From positions 64,001 to 128,000 of IMG/VR virus record IMGVR_UViG_3300036766_000678: DNA of 64,000 nt. The stretch is one strand, 5' to 3'. The first letter of the stretch is position 1; each line of letters starts with the position of its first letter. Made by a program: the position numbers and the translations under genes. The stretch is from a virus. Below the pieces are notes generated by a model, which worked only from the letters and a program-made list of their open reading frames with translations, had not been told where the DNA came from and ran no database searches. Positions 20,159 to 30,460 of this stretch are shown here, one piece after another.

Positions 20159-21598
20159 TTAATTCTCCTTAATGCTATCTAAAGTATTTAATTTCCATTT
20201 AATTTTACCACAATCATATACTCTGTAAAAACCCTTTTTTTTCGCCTCTACTTCTTCGTCAACTCCAGCTTTTACTCGAAAATTAAATTTATGTTTTCTT
20301 ACATTTCCATCTGTATACTCATAATCAGGCTGTAATTCTTTAACATTTTCAAATCCTAATTTAGAATACATACTACCATCAAATAAACGATTATCAGAAA
20401 AAGTAATTACAGAATTACAATCAAACTTATTTATTGCGTACTGCAAAGCTTTTTCATGGGGATTCCAAGCTTTAAAGTTATGATTCCAAAAAGCTCTGTT
20501 CCAATCTAAAGTAGTTTCATTTATTTTCTTAAAAGACCATCCACCAATAGGAGTATCTTTATAATAAGCTAGAAGATAAATGGAAGCAGTTACTTTTCTA
20601 CCAGAAAGATAGTGCCATTTATCATGATAAGTTTGAAACTCATTCTGAGATACTTCTTTTATTTCAAAACTGTAAATCCGTTTAGCATTCTTAGTAACAT
20701 TACAAGCATTTAAAATAAGATTTAAAAAGAGATCTTTATGATTTTGCCATTCATCAGAAAATATACCAATATACCTAATACCCAAATTTTTTAATTCAAG
20801 ATATTTTTCATAATCTGTGAATAATCTTGATTTTATTTTAGTTTTTCCCGAATGCCATCGTAATCCATTATATTCAATAGCTATTTTATTTTGTGGAAAG
20901 TAGAAATCTATTTCTTTCCTTTTTAGCACGTTTTGAACACTAAACAACAACGTAGGAATGTAACTTTTTAATTTTTCAAAAATAACTTTAGAGATCTTAG
21001 AAACCCTACCAGGAAAATCCATTCCACAACCACAAGAAGTTGATTTCCCAAATGTTACATCATAAAATCGTATATTGTTTACTTTTCCACAGTCACATTT
21101 GAATAAAAATTTCGAATTTGTATAAGGAGAAATATTCTCAGGAAGGTTATTATTAACTAAAATCAATTTACCAAATTTTTGTGAAAGCCAATAATCCTTA
21201 GATTTCTTATTACAACCACCACAAGAAATAAGGTGCCCACGAATTACTAATCCGAATACTTTTTTACATAAATTACCACAATCACATTTAAATGTAAAAA
21301 TTTTATAAGAACCAGGACTAATTAATTCTGGCAATTCTTTATCTACAAGTTCTAATTTCCCAAATTTCTTCAATAAAAAATATTGCTTTGGCTTTGCTGT
21401 ACACTTACCACATGAAGTTCTATGCCCAGATAATACTTCTCTTAAAACTAATTTTGGTATATTACCGCAATCACATTTAAAGTTATATTCTTTATGAGAA
21501 CCCTTAGTCAATAAATTTGGTAAATTTTCATCTATTAATTGTAACTTACCAAACTTCAAATTCAAAAAATCTTCTTTTAATATTTTATTTATAGCCAT
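20159..21598 (-). CDS. Free-standing homing endonuclease (Vsr/PD-(D/E)xK-like core, N-terminal KFGKL..CDCG repeats)
   Basis: EIDFY.P..KIAIEYNG..WHS core; three Cys repeats; start moved to MAINK at 21598, after SD GAGGA. Confidence 0.75.
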   Translation of the reverse strand: MAINKILKEDFLNLKFGKLQLIDENLPNLLTKGSHKEYNFKCDCGNIPKLVLREVLSGHRTSCGKCTAKPKQYFLLKKFGKLELVDKELPELISPGSYKIFTFKCDCGNLCKKVFGLVIRGHLISCGGCNKKSKDYWLSQKFGKLILVNNNLPENISPYTNSKFLFKCDCGKVNNIRFYDVTFGKSTSCGCGMDFPGRVSKISKVIFEKLKSYIPTLLFSVQNVLKRKEIDFYFPQNKIAIEYNGLRWHSGKTKIKSRLFTDYEKYLELKNLGIRYIGIFSDEWQNHKDLFLNLILNACNVTKNAKRIYSFEIKEVSQNEFQTYHDKWHYLSGRKVTASIYLLAYYKDTPIGGWSFKKINETTLDWNRAFWNHNFKAWNPHEKALQYAINKFDCNSVITFSDNRLFDGSMYSKLGFENVKELQPDYEYTDGNVRKHKFNFRVKAGVDEEVEAKKKGFYRVYDCGKIKWKLNTLDSIKEN

Positions 21599-21701
21599 TT
21601 TAATTTCCTCGAAGGTGGTAGTCCATAGATAGGAATGTGCCTTCGAGTTCACACTCCCATCCATAGAGTACCAAATTATTTATTCCTAAATCTTCACTAT
21701 A

Positions 21702-21730
21702 ATTATATCAGATATTTGTCTATTTGTCAA
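21702..21730 (-). promoter_or_regulatory. Perfect sigma70 promoter upstream of the endonuclease gene
   Basis: TTGACA-17 nt-TATAAT. Confidence 0.85.
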
Positions 21731-21736
21731 GTCCTA

Positions 21737-23701
21737 TTAAACAAGATTTAATCCCAACGTTATAATTATTGTGTCAGTTTCCAATGTGGGTTGTACACCT
21801 ACACTAAGGTTCACTTGGGTAGGAACTACTGAATCCACTGTTGCAGAAGGTGTAGTAAACGCAATAATAATTGTGTCATTTTGTATAGTTTGAAGAATAG
21901 CACTCGTTACTGTTTGAATCTGAAATGGTGTATCTTTCAAAAGTTTCTGACCTATGAAAATTGGATCAAGAAGTCCACGTAAGCTCTGAGCTACAAAATC
22001 CATAATTTGTGTAACTTGATAAAGCTGATTAGCAATCGTATCAAAAGCTGTAGTAGTTCCAAACAATACCTTGGGAACTGCCTGAATTGTATCAACAACA
22101 CAAACTCCTTGATTAATAAGCAGAGATTTTTCTGCCTGAGTCAAAGTATTTGTAATTGAAGTAAATCCAGAAATAACTTCACGAGTCATTGGTTGAGCTA
22201 CATCAAAAGAAGGATTACATCGAACACCAGCAAGTGCTGCTGCAACAAATTGACTACCAACAACTGTTTCAGTTGTATCTGTTCCGATAAATAGTTTGTT
22301 AGTCACTGTGGAATTGTTAAGTAACACTACACGCTTATCAGATACTGACGAAGCAAATCCCAGCATATCTTGATCTGTATAAGTTCCCTCAAGACCAACA
22401 ATAGTAGTACGTTCTAATTTATTAATAGTAGAACTAGCTGTATCAACATGATTTTTTATAACGGCTAAAAGCTGAGCATTTGCTGTACCCGCTAATGAAA
22501 CTACAATACTAATATTTGCTGTAGAAAGAAGTTTATTTAAAGAATTTTGAACTTGGGCAAAAACACTCCCATCATCTGGATCTTGCTGAATCACACAAAC
22601 AATACTAGCTCCATTTTGAAATGCTAAACTTGCACCAAGAGAAATGGAGGTGCTATTACTTACTGGACCATAATCATTCACAACTGATTGAAGTGTAAAA
22701 TAGAATTTGGGCGTATAATCTGCCGTTACTTTTGCATATTCATAAGTAACGAAATAATTAACTCCAGTAGCAGGAGCATCGGGGGTTTCAACAAATGACC
22801 CCGAAGTAAACCCAAGAAGGGAATTCGCTGTACCAGCACCAATATAAAGGCTGGAATTAACAGTATCTGTAGTAGCAATTTTTACATAATCTGACCCACC
22901 AGTTAATGTCACACCTGATTTAGGAAGATTAGTTGCATCACTAGTGGCTAAGGTTACAGCATTTCCTGAACGACCTGATGGAGTAGCAGTAATATTTACA
23001 ACTGCCCCAACAGCAACTGCACTCACTTCAGATAAAGCATTAATAGCACTAGCTAAAGAAGTAGCGGTGGCGGGATTCGATACTGCGGCTGTCCATTCAG
23101 CACCATTTGTCAATACATGACCTGCTACTGTAACAGTATCACCAGCAAGAGCTGTATAATCTACAACTGTATAAAAACCAGTAGCAGCAGTAGCAGCAAT
23201 ATTAGTTGTATTCGTAACTCCAGTAAAATTCGCCAAAATTGCGGTTTTTACTTCAGCAGCAGTGGCAGCAGATGGAACAGAAAAATTTCCATCAACAAAT
23301 GTATAAGTTTGAACTGAACCATTAGCGACGGCCAATTCAAATGTCTTATCATTTCCAGAAAGATCATATGTATCGGCTTCTGTACCAGTAAGTGAAGCGG
23401 CTAATGTAAGCCATTCTACTTTTCCAGCATTCCCACCCGTACCTAATTGATAGTCGATACCATTATCATAAAGTACAAAATTTTCATCTTGAATAGTTGA
23501 AGCAAGAGAAGTGGCAGTATGTGCTAAAGCATCATAAGCTGTTCCACCACGAGTAACTTCTTCGTTACTTGCTAAATTTGTAGTACGCCCAGTTCCCACC
23601 AATGCGGGAATGCGAATTCCCCCAGGTGCCGTGGGTAAAAGATTTGCTTGTATTTGTGAAAAAACGCCAGGAAGAACGAAGGCTCCATTTACGATAGGCA
23701 T
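21737..23701 (-). CDS. Tail sheath protein
   Basis: MP....PGVFSQI N-terminus; C-terminal sheath pattern (RE.ISGF, NQL..QIMDFV..LR); 654 aa. Confidence 0.85.
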   Translation of the reverse strand: MPIVNGAFVLPGVFSQIQANLLPTAPGGIRIPALVGTGRTTNLASNEEVTRGGTAYDALAHTATSLASTIQDENFVLYDNGIDYQLGTGGNAGKVEWLTLAASLTGTEADTYDLSGNDKTFELAVANGSVQTYTFVDGNFSVPSAATAAEVKTAILANFTGVTNTTNIAATAATGFYTVVDYTALAGDTVTVAGHVLTNGAEWTAAVSNPATATSLASAINALSEVSAVAVGAVVNITATPSGRSGNAVTLATSDATNLPKSGVTLTGGSDYVKIATTDTVNSSLYIGAGTANSLLGFTSGSFVETPDAPATGVNYFVTYEYAKVTADYTPKFYFTLQSVVNDYGPVSNSTSISLGASLAFQNGASIVCVIQQDPDDGSVFAQVQNSLNKLLSTANISIVVSLAGTANAQLLAVIKNHVDTASSTINKLERTTIVGLEGTYTDQDMLGFASSVSDKRVVLLNNSTVTNKLFIGTDTTETVVGSQFVAAALAGVRCNPSFDVAQPMTREVISGFTSITNTLTQAEKSLLINQGVCVVDTIQAVPKVLFGTTTAFDTIANQLYQVTQIMDFVAQSLRGLLDPIFIGQKLLKDTPFQIQTVTSAILQTIQNDTIIIAFTTPSATVDSVVPTQVNLSVGVQPTLETDTIIITLGLNLV

Positions 23702-23791
23702 TGGTAATTTCTCCTTAAAATAAACTAAAAATCAAAACTATCTGTATGACAAAAATTTGAGTAAATAACTATTAAAATACTACTTAAACAG

Positions 23792-23850
23792 TATTCCCTA
23801 TATACACGCATTTTAATTATATTTTTACATCAAAAACAATATTACCTACT
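23792..23850 (-). promoter_or_regulatory. Conserved ~59-bp intergenic motif, copy A (upstream of sheath); candidate phage late promoter
   Basis: 55/59 identical to 59631..59689; core also present at 33841..33883. Confidence 0.6.
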
Positions 23851-25216
23851 GAGATAAATCTATAGTTAAAGTGAGAGGTGAAGTTCCTGTTCCTGTCGCG
23901 TTTGTTGCTTGCAATGTTACATAGAAAGTTCCAGAAACTGTAGGTTCACCGCTAACTAGCCCATTTCCGCTATCTACAGTTAATCCAAAAGGAAGGTCTA
24001 GAGCACCGTAGCTTAGAGGGCTATTAATAGCAGTAATTAAGTATGTAAAAGGTAAAATTAGGGCGGTTACATTTCCAGCAATAAATCCAGTTGTATCAGA
24101 AACAACTAAATGAGTAGCATCTGTTACCGAAGTAACTAAAGTTGTATTAATATCCTGAACAATTTTATATCCAGCAACGATACCATCTGTAGTATCTACT
24201 GTTAAATCGGTTGCATTATCAACGGATACAATATTAAATAAAATCTTCTCAGGTCCAGAAGCACTAATTGGGCTAGTAATTTTAGGTACTGGGGCTGTAT
24301 CTAAAGCTAAAGAAGTATTAACCCCAGTAACATTAGTAATTTCTAGGTCATCCGACCATTCACAATAAACATTTAGTACAAAATGATTTGTTATATACCA
24401 ACGACCATCTTGATAAGCTCTGCTTTCAGCAGGAAAAGTACGATCGATCATCTCAATGCCATGTGTGGCTAAATCATCTCTTATGGTTGAAATATTGTTG
24501 TATATTAGATCTAAAATTTCATCTCTAGCAATCGTATCATCAATTGTATAGAGATTGATATTTACTGTAACTACTAAACTTGAAAATATTTTATCTTGAG
24601 TAACTACCCCAAATTCATTTTTTGTCCAACCTAAATCATCTGGGCCAATATAACGAGTTTCATTTGCAGAGGTGGAATCAACCACGACCATGGGCCAGTC
24701 GTTGTAGTCCTGCGGGATAACATCTCCAATAAAAATCTGAGAATTATCAAAATCCCATTCTCCACCTTGAGTTAAAGTAGGGCCTGAAATTTGAACAACA
24801 GTAGAAATATTTGTCACTAATGTTATTGAATTACCAGCAGTACCTGAAATAGTAGCAGTTAAATTTACTACATTATTAACTGGACTTTGAGTAGCAGTGA
24901 CATTTAAAGTGGACGAATGAGCATTTACAAAAGCAATAAAATTAGCTTGTGTTATTACCTGGGTAACACCAATTTGAACTTGATTGCCAACTGGGGCACC
25001 AGTGACAAATGTAATTGTTACACCATTTATAATAACAGTATTTGTATTAGCAGGATTTCCAACAAATCTAATTGTACCTGTAGACGAAGATTCAAGATAA
25101 GGATATTTAAAATTTGGAACAGCCGTATTATTTTCGGGACGAAATAAATCTCTTAGGTTACGGATAACAGAATCCCGCACCCGACGAAGTACCAAAAAAG
25201 GGTTCGAATTAGCCAT
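23846..25216 (-). CDS. Putative tail terminator/neck protein with C-terminal Ig-like (He_PIG-type) domain
   Basis: LPFGLTVDSGNGLVSGEPTVSGTFYVTLQATN; directly upstream of sheath. Confidence 0.55.
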   Translation of the reverse strand: MANSNPFLVLRRVRDSVIRNLRDLFRPENNTAVPNFKYPYLESSSTGTIRFVGNPANTNTVIINGVTITFVTGAPVGNQVQIGVTQVITQANFIAFVNAHSSTLNVTATQSPVNNVVNLTATISGTAGNSITLVTNISTVVQISGPTLTQGGEWDFDNSQIFIGDVIPQDYNDWPMVVVDSTSANETRYIGPDDLGWTKNEFGVVTQDKIFSSLVVTVNINLYTIDDTIARDEILDLIYNNISTIRDDLATHGIEMIDRTFPAESRAYQDGRWYITNHFVLNVYCEWSDDLEITNVTGVNTSLALDTAPVPKITSPISASGPEKILFNIVSVDNATDLTVDTTDGIVAGYKIVQDINTTLVTSVTDATHLVVSDTTGFIAGNVTALILPFTYLITAINSPLSYGALDLPFGLTVDSGNGLVSGEPTVSGTFYVTLQATNATGTGTSPLTLTIDLSQ

Positions 25217-25218
25217 TG

Positions 25219-25782
25219 TTAAAGTCCCGAAGGCAAAGTATAAACTATATTTCCACGTTCTACTTCTACTAGATCGAAATCTTGATGAGTGATAAAATGC
25301 TTCATTCTTCGAGGAAAAACCTGGGTAACAAAAAATCTTTGATTATTACGACGTACAATCATATCACCAGATGCCAAAAGAGGTTCCCATAGCGTCCACG
25401 AATGTGGTTTGTAAACTCTCTGTACACCAAAATCTGTTTTAGTAAATTCCTCTGGGCCACTAGAAAGCAAACTTATTACAATTTCAATTGGAGCAAAATA
25501 CCCATGATAAGGCCCTCCAATATCGGAACCTGTTGTTGTAGAATTTTCTGCAACAAATCCAGTTCCAAAACATTCGGTATCAGAATGTTGAACAGATGAA
25601 TGTCGAACAGCGTCATATTGGCTACAGCGTCGGCCAGAATATCTCCGCTTATAAAGTAATACCCGCTCGCCCCCTGCGGTCAACACCCATTTATCGCGTT
25701 CTCTTATACTCAAAAAGTACCACTCCCAACCAGATGGGCCACGTAAAGACAAATCAGGGAGTATGCCAAAAGAATGTCCCAT
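25219..25782 (-). CDS. Putative head-closure/neck protein
   Basis: GERVLLYKR...C......CFGTGF motif; GDMIV; synteny. Confidence 0.55.
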   Translation of the reverse strand: MGHSFGILPDLSLRGPSGWEWYFLSIRERDKWVLTAGGERVLLYKRRYSGRRCSQYDAVRHSSVQHSDTECFGTGFVAENSTTTGSDIGGPYHGYFAPIEIVISLLSSGPEEFTKTDFGVQRVYKPHSWTLWEPLLASGDMIVRRNNQRFFVTQVFPRRMKHFITHQDFDLVEVERGNIVYTLPSGL

Positions 25783-25783
25783 G

Positions 25784-26707
25784 TTAAAAATTACCTCTTT
25801 TTATTTTGTAAGGAATTTTTTTAATTTTCTTAGCCAATATAGGATTGTACCCTTTAGAATTTGGACTTATATAATAAGCCAATTTCATTTTTAACTGTCG
25901 TTCTTTTTTATTATTAGATTTTCTAGTGGGACGATACCCATGTTTATTAATAAACTTAAAAATTTCATTTTCTACTTTTTTTAATTTATATACAGTGAAA
26001 GTTGGAAATCTATTTATCTTTTTCTCAAAATTTAGATCATATGCAGAACCATTATGGTTTAAATATACGCTTAGGGCATTACCCAATATAGATTCATATT
26101 TATTATCTGTTTGATATACTGGCCTATATCCATACTTTTTACAAAATTCTAATATTTCGTTCTTTCTATCTTCTGCTCCTTTAATAGCTTTATCAGGATA
26201 TTTAGAAATTATTTTTGCAAATTCTGGGTCATACGAAAAAGTTGTTTTTCCCATATACATACGTAAAGCATTACCTAAAAATCTTTCTCTTTTAGTTCCA
26301 GTTCCACTAGAGGGCCTATACCCAAATTTTTTAATAAATTTTAAAATATTCTTTTTATTTTTAATTGTTTGTGGCTCTGGACCAAATTTTATTCCAAAAT
26401 TACTTTCTGCAATCTTACGAATATTGTACCCAAATTTATCATCATAACTTTGCAGCTTATCCATCCAATATTGCTCTCTTTTTTCTAATTTCTTTTTAGT
26501 TGGATTCTTTATAATTTCAAGTATTTTAAATACAAAGTTATCTTCTCCATATTTATTCCAAGCATTTTGAAGATACGGATTTTCATGTTTATTAAAAAAA
26601 AGATCATGGAAATGCATAGTATTTCTATGAGATAAATCTCCAGAACTACCTACATATCCTTTCCCATTAATCTTATTTACTATCCTGTAAATACCTGATT
26701 GTTTCAT
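25784..26707 (-). CDS. GIY-YIG homing endonuclease with three C-terminal repeats
   Basis: SGIYRI..KGYVGSS; repeats of I.KF..K.GYRP...E..LG.AL. Confidence 0.88.
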   Translation of the reverse strand: MKQSGIYRIVNKINGKGYVGSSGDLSHRNTMHFHDLFFNKHENPYLQNAWNKYGEDNFVFKILEIIKNPTKKKLEKREQYWMDKLQSYDDKFGYNIRKIAESNFGIKFGPEPQTIKNKKNILKFIKKFGYRPSSGTGTKRERFLGNALRMYMGKTTFSYDPEFAKIISKYPDKAIKGAEDRKNEILEFCKKYGYRPVYQTDNKYESILGNALSVYLNHNGSAYDLNFEKKINRFPTFTVYKLKKVENEIFKFINKHGYRPTRKSNNKKERQLKMKLAYYISPNSKGYNPILAKKIKKIPYKIKRGNF

Positions 26708-26790
26708 ATCTTTAATTATATCATATTTATATTTATTTTACAGCCAATATAAATGAATGTCCGATTGTAGTATACCTCTCTAGTTAAAAT

Positions 26791-26949
26791 TTAATTTGGC
26801 TGCAATAATATAATCGCAGAATTATATTCTTCTTCAGTAATAAACTGAATATCTGCGCCACCTAATTCAGTAAGAAGCCTAATTACTGTTTCCTGATCCA
26901 TTCCTTCTGTTGATTGATATCCTCTTGAGGAACTTATATAAAGTTTCAT
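26791..26949 (-). CDS. 52-aa acidic protein (absent from ORF track), possible fibre chaperone
   Basis: MKLYISSSRG...EEEYNSAIILLQPN; TAATG coupling to the upstream stop. Confidence 0.5.
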   Translation of the reverse strand: MKLYISSSRGYQSTEGMDQETVIRLLTELGGADIQFITEEEYNSAIILLQPN

Positions 26950-27443
26950 TAACGCATTCTCCTTGCTGATAATCGAGCGGTACAGAAAAAGGAGCCTGTA
27001 TAGGTAGCACTCTCTTTTAGATAAACTGTTGTAGTTCCACTTAATGACATTCGATAACTTGAAACCACTTGGGTAAAGTCATGTGTTGTTGCACCAATAA
27101 CATCTATTGCTTGATTACTTCCAGCAACTAGTCCTGTGCTAGAATTCCCAGATGTAGTTGAAATTCCCGTAATAGCTATAGTAATCGCTGTACCACTATT
27201 AAAGTAATTTATCGCTGTAACATCCCAATCCCCAGCAGTAAGACTTATAGATGTAACATCACCATAAGTTCCAGAAGCAGCTACGGCTGTACCAGCAGTA
27301 ATTGATTCAATATATTCCCCTACAACTCCAGAAGATGCATTATCATTTGTTGTAGTACCTTTAATTCCTGCTGTAGTAGGACTAAAGATAAGATTCGAGC
27401 TTAAATTATTAAATAAAGCTGGATCTATTCGTGTTCGAGACAT
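26949..27443 (-). CDS. Stand-alone paralog of the fibre tip domain
   Basis: KGTTTND..G.VGEY.ES...SISLTAGDWDV...LSARRMR mirrors the C-terminus of 27555..30122. Confidence 0.65.
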   Translation of the reverse strand: MSRTRIDPALFNNLSSNLIFSPTTAGIKGTTTNDNASSGVVGEYIESITAGTAVAASGTYGDVTSISLTAGDWDVTAINYFNSGTAITIAITGISTTSGNSSTGLVAGSNQAIDVIGATTHDFTQVVSSYRMSLSGTTTVYLKESATYTGSFFCTARLSARRMR

Positions 27444-27554
27444 AAAATTATATCTCCTGTTAAGTTAAAATAACTAATTAGGTTTGTAATTCTAAAATTA
27501 AATGGTAAATCTTTTACTATTTTCAAGCATTACCATCAGATGTATAAAATCTCA

Positions 27555-30122
27555 TTAACGCACTCTCCTCGCGGATAAACGCCCATCCCATTGAGGGGGA
27601 CCACCAGAAGCATACTCAGCACGAAATTTTGCATAGATGGTTGTTGTTCCATTTAAGGATTGATGATAAACTGCAACCGTACCATCAGATTCATTATCAG
27701 CCGTAGTGGGTGACCGTAAATAATGTAAATTACTTCCTATGACTAGCCCAGTACTGCTATTCCCCGTAGTTTGGGAAACGCCAATCTGGTAGGCTGAGTT
27801 ATTATTAACTGTTGCACCATTTCTTGACACATGGGCATTCAATGTAACGTCCCAATCCCCAGCAGTTAAAGAAATAGATGTCAAATCTCCATACGCACCG
27901 CTGGACGGAGAATTAACTGCCGAGACGACACTTTCAACATATTCCCCAACATACCCAGCAGCAGCACTATCATTTGTGGTTGTACCTTTAATAGTAGTAG
28001 GTAAAAATGTGGTAATAGCTGTAGTACTAATTGTAAAACGGATGGTTTTACTGAAAGAGTTCCCAGAAGTAAGTCCACTATCTCCTGTTATATTTAATAC
28101 TCCACCAACTTTAGTGAGTGCATATGCCGATGTACTACGAGCGATATCAGCATTACCTGTCCATTCAGAATCAAATTCGAGTTGCACATTATCTGCTGAA
28201 TAAGTAAGAAATCCTAGATTTCCTAGTCCATTTGCTTTAATATGAAATTGCTCTGCTGATGGAGTAGCCCCAGTATCTATTACAAGTGGAAGTGCTGCTG
28301 TAATAGCCGTGGTACTTACTTCTAATTGTTTAATACCATTTGTAGCGAGAGCAATATCATCTGCGCCAATTCTATATAAACCAGTATTAACATCTCCTGA
28401 AAAAGAATAACCTGGAAGAGAGACAGTCCCATCTGTAACTAATAATTGATTACTTGAATTGGTAGTAATACTACTATCCCCACTTACTGTAGTACCACTA
28501 GTAGCATAATAGGCTAATTGATTAGCCGTTCCACTATTAACATTTCCAGAAGTAGATGTTGCTGGTTGAGAAAAAATAAAACTTACTTTCTCACCAGATA
28601 TCAAGGCATTATTAAAGGTTACTGTTGTACTATTTGTTTCTAAATAATCTACTGTGGCCCCAATCGTTTGAACATCTCCATCAAGAGTAACAATTAATGT
28701 ATGCCCCCCTACATTATAAGAATTAACTAAATTAAAAACAGTTGTTGACCCAGTGTAGTTACTTAAAGCAGTTCCTACAACATAATCTTCTCGATAGCCG
28801 ACTCCACCACCTTGTTGCCAAGTTGTATTTCCCGACCCGTCTGTTTGCAAGAAATAAGCAGAAGTTCCTGCTGTTGTTGGTAATTGTAATGTATAAGAAG
28901 TTGTACTATTTGTAGCTTTTAGTGTAACAGTATTTGTTGAATTGTCTGTAAGGACTAAAGCTTTTGTACTTGCAAGAGTAATACTATTAGAAAAACTCCA
29001 AGTCCCACCAATAGTATAATTACCTTTATCCAATACCATATTTGCGGCACTACCTGCATCTGGAATAGTATAAGTTCTTGAAGCAGCAGGTGCTGTTGAA
29101 GAAATTGTAGTTGTATTAGTAACCCCTAATACTAATTGATTTGTTGTAGGATTAATTGTAACAGCACTTGAAAATGTTTTGGCCCCATTTATTGTAGCGG
29201 TACCTTCAGACATTACAAAATTAGCACTAGTCCCCGCATCTAAAATTGTATAAGTTCTAGCTCCTGCTTGAGAAGCATTTGTAATAGTTGTAGTGGTGTC
29301 CCCCGAACTTGATGTAGCAGTAATTTCAATTTTACCTGTAGTAGCGGATGAGGGAAAAACATCCACAGTTCCTGCTGTACCAGAAGCACCTGCTTTAATA
29401 TCTTTTGCAAATACTGTTGTCCATCTTTTCGAACTAGAACCTAATGCAATTGAATTATCTGTTCCTGGTAACAAGGCCGTATTTATGGCTACTCCAGATA
29501 GATTATCTAAAGCAACAGTTGCCCCAGAACTTGCAGGAGTTGACCATGAGGTAACACCTGAACCATTAGTAGTGAGAACCTGTCCACTATCCCCGTCATT
29601 GACGGGCAAAGTTAATGCCCATGAAGCATCTAATATTGCAGGGGCACCAATTGTAATTGTATCAGTTCCTGCTCCTGCCTCTTGGATAATAAGGCTGGTT
29701 CCAAGATAAAGTGTTCGCCAATTGATACTAGATGTTCCTAAATCATCAGTATCATGAGTATCACTTACTAGAGTAGTATTTATAGCAACGGATGCTAAGT
29801 TATCTAATGCTGTTGTTGCCCCTCCGCTACTTGAGTTCCAAGAAAGATTACCACTGCCGTCATTTTGAAGAAATTGCACCCCTGTAGATTGGGCAACAGG
29901 CAATTTTAATATATACGAAGTTGTTACATCATCAGGAGCTTCTATTGTAACTGAATCTGTTCCATTTCCAGTTTGTTCTTTAAAAATAACAGAACCCTGA
30001 TTTATAAGAGTAAGATTTCCTGTACCAAGTTTAGAAAGCTGAATAGCTGCCGTAGTAGCTATGTCATCATCTACAATACTGCCATCAAGTATTTGGTCTG
30101 CGTTAATCTGTGTTCGTGGCAT
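27555..30122 (-). CDS. Long fibre/receptor-binding-like virion protein
   Basis: 855 aa, T/S/A-rich with internal repeats (ARTYTIPDAG; ALDNL..VAINT.L). Confidence 0.65.
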   Translation of the reverse strand: MPRTQINADQILDGSIVDDDIATTAAIQLSKLGTGNLTLINQGSVIFKEQTGNGTDSVTIEAPDDVTTSYILKLPVAQSTGVQFLQNDGSGNLSWNSSSGGATTALDNLASVAINTTLVSDTHDTDDLGTSSINWRTLYLGTSLIIQEAGAGTDTITIGAPAILDASWALTLPVNDGDSGQVLTTNGSGVTSWSTPASSGATVALDNLSGVAINTALLPGTDNSIALGSSSKRWTTVFAKDIKAGASGTAGTVDVFPSSATTGKIEITATSSSGDTTTTITNASQAGARTYTILDAGTSANFVMSEGTATINGAKTFSSAVTINPTTNQLVLGVTNTTTISSTAPAASRTYTIPDAGSAANMVLDKGNYTIGGTWSFSNSITLASTKALVLTDNSTNTVTLKATNSTTSYTLQLPTTAGTSAYFLQTDGSGNTTWQQGGGVGYREDYVVGTALSNYTGSTTVFNLVNSYNVGGHTLIVTLDGDVQTIGATVDYLETNSTTVTFNNALISGEKVSFIFSQPATSTSGNVNSGTANQLAYYATSGTTVSGDSSITTNSSNQLLVTDGTVSLPGYSFSGDVNTGLYRIGADDIALATNGIKQLEVSTTAITAALPLVIDTGATPSAEQFHIKANGLGNLGFLTYSADNVQLEFDSEWTGNADIARSTSAYALTKVGGVLNITGDSGLTSGNSFSKTIRFTISTTAITTFLPTTIKGTTTNDSAAAGYVGEYVESVVSAVNSPSSGAYGDLTSISLTAGDWDVTLNAHVSRNGATVNNNSAYQIGVSQTTGNSSTGLVIGSNLHYLRSPTTADNESDGTVAVYHQSLNGTTTIYAKFRAEYASGGPPQWDGRLSARRVR

Positions 30123-30371
30123 CTAATTAAAATCCTTAAAATCTATTTGTGTAATTAATCGTGCTGCTTTTTGAAAAGCTCCTTCTGGAACTTTTATGTG
30201 AGTTCCGTCAGTTGAAAGTGTGCCCCAAGTTATCTCCCTTGCATGACTTAACGGAGTATCCTTTTTTAAAAGGACAACAATATAGAAGATATCGTGCTCG
30301 AATGAAAATGCTTTTACTACTTGTAAATTAAGAGTAAATGGAATCTTTTGATTAACTCGTAGAATCGGCAT
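30123..30371 (-). CDS. Hypothetical protein
   Basis: 82 aa with SD. Confidence 0.5.
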   Translation of the reverse strand: MPILRVNQKIPFTLNLQVVKAFSFEHDIFYIVVLLKKDTPLSHAREITWGTLSTDGTHIKVPEGAFQKAARLITQIDFKDFN

Positions 30372-30460
30372 AGTACTCCTAAATATATTTTTAAATAAAC
30401 AGAAATAACACTACATTATTACAATGTAATGTTAAAAATGGAAGAATTATTTACTGCGGA

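Noticed and set aside
9904-23701. Extracellular contractile injection system or tailocin
   Set aside because: Portal, protease and capsid genes are in the same operon, indicating a phage.
26949-28010. Diversity-generating retroelement (TR/VR pair) from the duplicated fibre tip
   Set aside because: Differences are not adenine-specific, both copies are intact ORFs, and no reverse transcriptase is in the window.
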